Below are positions 51,974-59,104 of a stretch of 59,104 nt of DNA, one piece after another. Both the position numbers and the translations under genes were made by a program. The DNA is from Octopus bimaculoides. Lineage: Eukaryota. Numbering within the stretch: position 1 is the first letter of the stretch; each line of letters opens with the position of its first letter. The stretch is taken from assembly GCF_001194135.2 (NCBI RefSeq), contig NC_069004.1, forward strand, positions 33,267,383 through 33,326,486, in the 5' to 3' direction. Under the pieces are notes generated by a model. It was not told the origin of the DNA. It ran no database searches and saw only the letters and a program-made list of their open reading frames with translations.

Positions 51974-52826
51974 ACCACTACCATAAAATTGCCTGCTGGC
52001 CTTGATGCCTAACAACAGGAACAATTATTTAGGACTCATGACAGTCACTGTTCTGGGCAAAAGGGTGGGGGGTGGGGTGGGGGGCTAGAGGTGATGATTC
52101 ACCCTTCACAATGTGCAATGAGTTTAAGCAGCAACAAGAAGAATGGTAGCGCTTGATATAAACCCCACCCCACCCGTACGTATGGAACACTTTCCCATTT
52201 GCACCTCTAAATATATGTGCGTGTGGCCTAGTGGTTAGCTGTGTTGCACTCACAGTCGTGAGATCGTGGTTTCAATTCCCCAGATGGGCTGTGTGTTGTA
52301 CGGGGTGTCCACAAAGTCTGGGTACATGGAGCAAATAAAATCATAGCATAAGCAATTAAATAAAATAATATAATGTACCCAGTCTTTGTGGACACCCTGT
52401 ATTCTTGAGCAAAACACTTCATTTCATGTAGCTCAGTCCACTCAGCTGTAAATGGTTCACCCTGTGACGGACTAGCCTTCTGAGATTGGGGATTGTTGGT
52501 CTAACCAGAAGGATGGTGTCATTAAATAATGGAAAGTGCACTGTGACCAGTGATGTGCAACATCTGATAGTCTAACTGGTCATGTAATCACATTAAATAT
52601 ATAAATGTATATTCTTTTACGTGTTTCCGTCATTTAACTGTGGCCATGCTGGAGCACCGCCTTTAGTCAAGCAAATTGACCCAGGCTTATTCTTTGTAAA
52701 CTTAGTACTTATTCTATCGGGCTCTTTTGCCGAACCGCTAAGTTATGGGGATGTAAAGGCACTAGCATCGATTGTCAAGCAATGTTTTATTTTATGTCCA
52801 TTGTCTAGAAATCTTTCATCACATGT

Positions 52827-52909
<83 letters not shown>

Positions 52910-54024
52910 TAACTACAATATATATATATATATATATAGTAGAAATTAGGCGTACACAAATAGATGTATGATGGCTGCTGTTAGGTTTAGAGTGCTACAT
53001 AGATTATCCTAATCCAGTCTGCTTCCTGTATAGTTATTAAGTAACTTTTATACTGAGTAGTATTACTACCTGTGAAGTGCAGATTAAACATATAAGAAAT
53101 AAGGATAAACATAAGTTTATATTAGAGTTCCTTGTGCAAAGCAACTATTATATGAATGTTTCCCTCCTTATTTCGGATAGTTCCTATCTGCATATACAGT
53201 TTGATGTATAACTGCCACAGTCCTGGGTTAAGAATTTAATAAAATTGTCCCCTCACTGAACTGTTGTGGATTTGCATCCAATTGCTTTATGAACACCCAT
53301 TGCTGAAGGTGCAAATAGCCACAATGGCAAAACGTGTGTAGAGACAAATGGGATAAACTGCATGCTGTGTTTATCCTATATTTCTACTCCTATATACAGC
53401 ATAGAAACCATGCCACAACAGACAGTTGGAGTCTGGAGAGCTCCCTGCTAGCCAGCTCCATGTCAAACCATCCAACTCATGCGAGCATGGAAAGCGAACA
53501 TTAAACGATGATGATGATGATGATGATACAGCATTTTAACATCCACTTTTCCATACTCACAGAAGTTGGACAGCGTTCAGTGAAACAGATTTTCTACAGC
53601 TGGATGCTCTTCCTGTCACCAAATCTCACATGCTTGGAAGGAAGATAATATTTCCTCCATGGCCAGATATGTTTCTGCAGAATACTGAAAATGAATCACA
53701 GACACAGACTCACACGCGTGTGCACATACATAGAGCTGCTGTGTTGAGGTTTAAATTCGAGTTAGTCTTTACAAAGCAGATCTATGATTGTAAACATGCT
53801 TAAGGTGACTGCCCATATCTTTTTTACACTTATACTGTACCACTGATGATATTACCCAATGTTTCCAGTTTCCTAGTTGATTCAGCTGCATTTTCTAGCA
53901 AGTCTAGTACCAACATGAAGGTTCCCTGACTGACTGGCTTGTAAGGGAGAGGAATTGAAATTTAACAAGGTAACAACTACACAAGAAGATGCCATAAGAC
54001 ACACACATATGTACATAGGGATAC

Positions 54025-54060
<36 letters not shown>

Positions 54061-54100
54061 ATATGAGCATGCTTATAAACTATATTAATTATATGTATTT

Positions 54101-54153
<53 letters not shown>

Positions 54154-54606
54154 ATTCCCATCACTAAATATAAATTGTTGATTTCTTGAAATTATCTCCA
54201 CTTCCAGAGAAGGTAGAGCAATCACTAGAACAATCACATCGTAGCAACTCCAAATGAGAAGGGGAGACAATCTCTAGAAAGAAGAGTTCTCCAAAACTGA
54301 GATGTGATTATGTCTTCACCTATCTCACACCAGCATAGGTTCCAATCTGATTTGGCAAGGCTTCTATGGCTGGATGCCCTTCCTAATGTTTAACCACTCC
54401 AAGAGTGTAATGGGTACTTTTTATGTGCTACCAGCAGGGTGCCAGTTACGTGACACCAGCATCAGCCACAACATCTTCCCTTGGCTCGACGAGTCTTCTC
54501 AAGTACAGCCTATCACCAAATGTCTTGGTTCCCTGTTACTGCCTCCGTGAGACGCCAAAGGTCTCAGTCATTTATCAATGCCCTCAGTTAATTTATATGG
54601 ACGTAT

Positions 54607-54822
54607 AAGGCAGCTTACTGGCAGAACCATTGGCACGCTGGGCAATGTGACTTAGCGACATTTCGTCTGTCTTTACATTCTGAGTTCAAATTCTGTTGAG
54701 GTCGATTTAGCATCTCATCCTTTCAGAGTTGATAAAATAAGTAACAGTTGCATACTGGGGTCAATGTAATCGACTTGCCCTGCATCCCTGAAATTGCTGG
54801 GCTTGTGTCAAAATTTGAGACC
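54607..54822 (+). mobile_element. SINE-like family B copy
   Basis: Same core. Confidence 0.8.
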
Positions 54823-55011
54823 AATTTATATGGAAATAATGTTAAACAGGGAAGGAAGAACTGAAGATGGTGGTTGAAGATGCAAAACTATCAGAAGCTG
54901 ATGAACAAGAAAATCTTCTGAAGAACGAAAAGAAGAAAGCTGAAGAACCAAATTCTATAAACACACAAAGACATTATGGTGCTAAAGAACATCTACCTAC
55001 CATTCTAGGTA

Positions 55012-55233
55012 GGAGGGGGGGGGTGCTGAAAAGTTCCCAGCTTCAAGGCTTTTGCAAAAGGCCTGGTAGGAGGCCCAACCCGCTGAGTTCTTTTTATAGG
55101 GCTTAGAAAAACTGAAGGACCACTGCAATAAGTATGCGAATTTGAGAGGGGAGAGTGTTGAAGGAAATCATAATTAACTGATCCTCCTGTATTTTCATTA
55201 ACCCAAAGCTAAGAACTTTTCAGCACCCCTTCA
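55012..55233. mobile_element. Tc1/mariner-type MITE
   Basis: TIRs ggggtgctgaaaagttc / gaacttttcagcacccc; flanked by TA at 55010-55011 and 55234-55235. Confidence 0.8.
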
Positions 55234-57279
55234 TATACACAGCCTTCACTGCTTCTGGTCCCCCACCTCCACAACACAAGGGAGCCTCAAGAGGGTCACC
55301 TGACCTGATAGAAACCTCAGCTGCATCACCTCAAATGATGCCCCCTACTATATATCAAAAGGAACTTGAATCACTAGAAATATAGAAATACTATAAATCA
55401 GAGAAAAACAAGGCTGGATGGTCATAACTAAGATATCTTCAATCACAGGTACACTTGGTAGCATCTGACCTAGGGTTGTACTATATAAGAACTATAAATA
55501 CTGTTCCACATACAACGCAGAGACCAAACCAACCCTGTTATTATCAAGATGATGTCGCAACACTAGGCTGATTATGTTCGACAACAGTGTCCAGTGAATC
55601 GCTGACCAACCTGTGTTCATACACAACCAGACATACAGACAGTCACATACACCCCCCCCTCCCAATCAAAGATATAGACAATCAATCACACAAAATCAAT
55701 ACTTACATGGAGTGTAGAAAGGAGATGGTGTATCAAACATAACAACATACCCATATATTCACACAAATACACATATATATGTACATATACACACATATAC
55801 CTTTAGATATACACATATAAATACATACATATAGACATACAGACAGATATACACATATAGAGTGGTGAGCTGCCAAAATTTTTAGTAACTGGTTTGCTCA
55901 GCTGCCAAAATCTTAACTGGTTTGTTGAGCCAGAGAAATCTTTTATCATGGGTTCTGAAGAACAGATTATGGTTTTATTACAAGACCTTAGGGTAGGAAG
56001 TGGAAAAGAAGAAACTATTGATGGTGTCCACGTCATGGAAAGATCAATCGATCAATCAATATAAAGATGGAGAAATTGGTAGAGTTTATTTGTTATATGG
56101 ATTGTCGAATATAGTATTTATCATACGGACTGTAGAGTGGAATGTTCTGTTGCTTGAGTGCTTCAGCCAAGAGTGGGGAAACTGGGGTGAAAACTCAAGA
56201 TGAGTGAATGATTCACTGAGGAGAGGGTGAGTGAAGCCACAGCAGTGGTAGGAGAGGAAGAGATAGCCAAGGAGAGAATAAGGAGAGTCGCTAAAAAGGA
56301 TAGAGTGAAAGTGATAGGTATAGTATAGAAGGGAGAGCTTGGGAAGTAGTGAGAGACAATACATCAAACATACACAAAGAATATTATAGTCACGATCCCA
56401 GCTTAAAGTTCTGTGAGGAGGCAAGAATGAACATGATGGCACAAGAACAGAAGCAAAGCAGTAGAAGTGGTGACACACAAACTTACATTGACATGTATTA
56501 CGTATACAATCATCCATGTAAAAAAAAAAAAGATACATTGAAACACTCTGTACGTTTCCTTACTACCAACCGAGCACACACACACAATCTTTTAACATCT
56601 GTTTTCCATGCTGGCATGGGTCAGACAGTTTAACTGAAAACTGATAAGCTAGGGAGCTGCATAAGGAATCGATCTGATTTGGCATGATCTCTATGGCAGG
56701 ATGCCCTCCTTAACACCAACCACTCCAACAGCGTAGCAAGTGCTTTTTATGTGCCACTGGCACAGGTGCCAATTATGTGACACCGGCATCGGCCACAACT
56801 ATGATCTCACTTGGCTTGACAGGTTTTCTCAAGCACGGTATATCGCCAAAGGTCTTGGTCACCTATCACTGCCTCTGTATGGGACAGTCCTGGATCCCTC
56901 TCTATGCACCCCATCTCATCATTCTTACCACTGTCTCCCTCTCTCTCTAACCCCTGACACTAAATCCCTTCTCCGTCCCTTTCATACACCCTCCTCTAAT
57001 AACCTCTACTTTCTCACTCCCCCCCATCCTCTCACAGCTACAAATTTGTTTCTCGCATCATCTTGCCCGTAATCATCACACTCACTCTCTCCCATTTTTT
57101 CCAGGGGCCTTAAATGCAAGTTGCCAGGTGACATCACTGATGCTGGTGCAACATGAAAAATGTGCCCAGTACACTCTCAAAGGGTGGTTGCTATCATGAG
57201 GGGCATCCTGGCTTAAAGAGACATTGGAGCATCGATGTCAACAAGGAGGGACGATGGTTAAATAGAAATATACATGCAC

Positions 57280-57379
57280 AGGAGTGGCTGTGTTGTAAGA
57301 CATTTGCTTCCCAGTTACATGGTTCTGGGTTCAGTCCAACTGCATGGCACCTTGGGCAAGTGTCTTCTACTATAGCCTC

Positions 57380-57451
<72 letters not shown>

Positions 57452-57815
57452 TCAGCATCATCACCGTTTAACGCCTGTTTTCCATGCTGGCATGGGTTGG
57501 ATGGTTTCACTGGGGTCTGGGAAGCCAGAAGGCCACACCTGGCTCCAGTCTGATCTGGCAATGTTTCTACAGCTGGATGCCCTTCCTAATGCCAACCACT
57601 CCGAGGGTGTAGTGGGTGCTTTTTACATGCCACCGGCATGGGAGCCAGTCAGGCGTATATATATATATATACGACAGGCTTGTTGCAGTTTCCGTCTACC
57701 AAATCCACTCACAAGGCTTTGGTCGACCTGAGAGCCCAAGGTGCCACGCAGAGGGACTGAACCCAGAACCACATGATTGGGAAGCAAGCGTCTTACTACA
57801 CAGCCACGCCTGCAC
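57280..57815. mobile_element. Composite: family A head (+, 57280-57380), (TA)n, family C (-, 57450-57650), family A head (-, 57670-57815)
   Basis: All three matched by eye to other copies in the window. Confidence 0.8.
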
Positions 57816-58027
57816 CTATATAATTCACCATGTTGTAATTCCAGCAACCCTACCACTACCAAAAAAAAAAAACACTACTGCTACTACCATTTCGCCACCA
57901 CTGCCACCACTACTCTTCCCTACCAACTAGACAAAACACCACCACCTCATAATTGGCAGCTCTTTCCCTAATAAGTAACAAAACAGTAATTTCAACACCA
58001 CCAACAACAATGTGGGAGACTCTACAT

Positions 58028-58179
58028 CAGTCACGGGCAACCTGCGGCCCGCGGGGCGTTTTGAACGGCACGCCTAATGAAAGATTACCTTGATTTTTTT
58101 TATTTTAAGTAGTGCCACGAGCCTAATGAGAAGCAATGTCTCGTGCGACCCGTTTCTCGAAAAAGGTTGTCCCTGCATG
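58028..58179. mobile_element. hAT-type MITE
   Basis: Left cagtcacgggcaacctgcggcccgcggg; right aggttgtccctgcatg (16-nt TIR with 4 mismatches); both flanks contain tcta. Confidence 0.55.
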
Positions 58180-58524
58180 ATCTATGAGGTTACTCGACGA
58201 CCTGCTAGAAATAGCAGTCAAATCTTCGCCAAACAACAGCCGCAGCCATCACCCAGTGATTAACAACACAACACCACCAGGTCTCAACCAACATAAATAT
58301 ACAACAAAAACAAAAACAAAAAAAAAAGCGAAAGCAATCGGTTCTAAGTGTAGATAAGACATTAAGATTATAGTGAGAGGAGGAGGATGGAAATACAATG
58401 AAGTAGGAGGAAGGGAGAGGGGAGGGTGAGTAGCAGAAAGAGAAGGAATTGAAAGGGAAATGTGAAACAAGTTAATTTAGTAAGAATTATAAATTGTATG
58501 TCTGTGCGTACGTATGTATGCAAG

Positions 58525-58565
<41 letters not shown>

Positions 58566-58566
<1 letters not shown>

Positions 58567-59104
58567 TAGCAGCTAAGTCCGGTTTCACCCGGTCAGAGAG
58601 CGATGCGAAGAGAGAAACGAAGACATTANNNNNNNNNNGGTTTCACCCGGTCAGAGAGCGATGCGAAGAGAGAAACGAAGACATTAAAAAGAGGAAGAAG
58701 TGGATACGAAGTGGTGTTTGGGTGACGGATCTTGGTAGAAAAAAAAGAATGCCATGGTGAGTTAGTAAGGAGAGCAAAGCAAGACTAGACTTACGTGGGC
58801 TGACAGGACGATGAAAAAATTGCGGAGTTGAAATTGGAGCAGTTGAAGTTGCCGTTGTTATCATTAAAGTGCCTCTTGGGAGACAACATTCTTTGTCCTT
58901 TCCTCAGGTGCACAAATAGAAAGACCCTGGAGACAGCCAACATACAGTTGTGCATGTGAGAATACTTGATCTGTCAGATTCAAACCAACCGTTTGCACTG
59001 ATTGTCCCTGCGCCTTGTTGATTGTCATGGGAAAGCAGAGTTTGATGGGAAATTGCATCTGTTTAAACTTGTAGGTCGTATCGGAGTGGGTAAGGGACAT
59101 GGGA
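58566..59104 (-). mobile_element. Helitron 3' portion: helicase C-terminus plus intact 3' terminus; runs off the window end
   Basis: ORF 58864..59100 has [19 protein letters not shown]...FSHAQLYVG...TKNVVSQEAL*. Minus-strand terminus is the hairpin ccgg-gtgaaa-ccgg (58579-58592), then CTAG (58566-58569), then T. Confidence 0.9.

Noticed and set aside
56000-56480. Purine-rich stretch that might be a LINE remnant or exon
   Set aside because: No reverse-transcriptase or other motif could be read with confidence in any frame.
58580-58687. Apparent duplication of the Helitron hairpin region across the gap at 58629-58638
   Set aside because: Same unmerged-overlap artefact; not a true double terminator.

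Overview
Eukaryotic, repeat-dense genomic DNA from a gapped draft assembly (13 N-gaps). The SINE-like families and very high microsatellite load look like Octopus/cephalopod DNA (recognised by eye, not database-checked). One confident gene: UBE2H (ubiquitin-conjugating enzyme E2 H) on the minus strand. Six coding exons were recovered with canonical AG/GT sites and consistent phases: 24204-24280, 11961-12035, 8041-8080, 6177-6229, 3831-3959 and 3130-3248 (stop). The first coding exon (MSSPSPGKRR... in human) was not found, so it lies beyond base 59104 or inside an N-gap; if beyond, 24281-59104 is all intron 1. Introns hold two decayed Helitron helicase remnants (one with an intact hairpin+CTAG 3' end), hAT, mariner and piggyBac-type MITEs, a possible Helentron-type element, several SINE-like families, a 28/25-bp minisatellite and many microsatellites. 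Almost all long ORFs in the supplied track are microsatellite or N-gap artefacts. I found no convincing novel multi-gene system. Best leads: (1) a CpG-retaining, probably unmethylated island in intron 2, revealed by a SINE copy that kept its CpGs; (2) several long inverted repeats that would fold in the UBE2H pre-mRNA, relevant to ADAR editing, including a fold-back element with a micro-inverted loop and opposed piggyBac-MITE arrays beside exon 2; (3) two unexplained splice-flanked open frames in intron 1. Repeat-family letters A-E are my own labels, and repeat boundaries are approximate.
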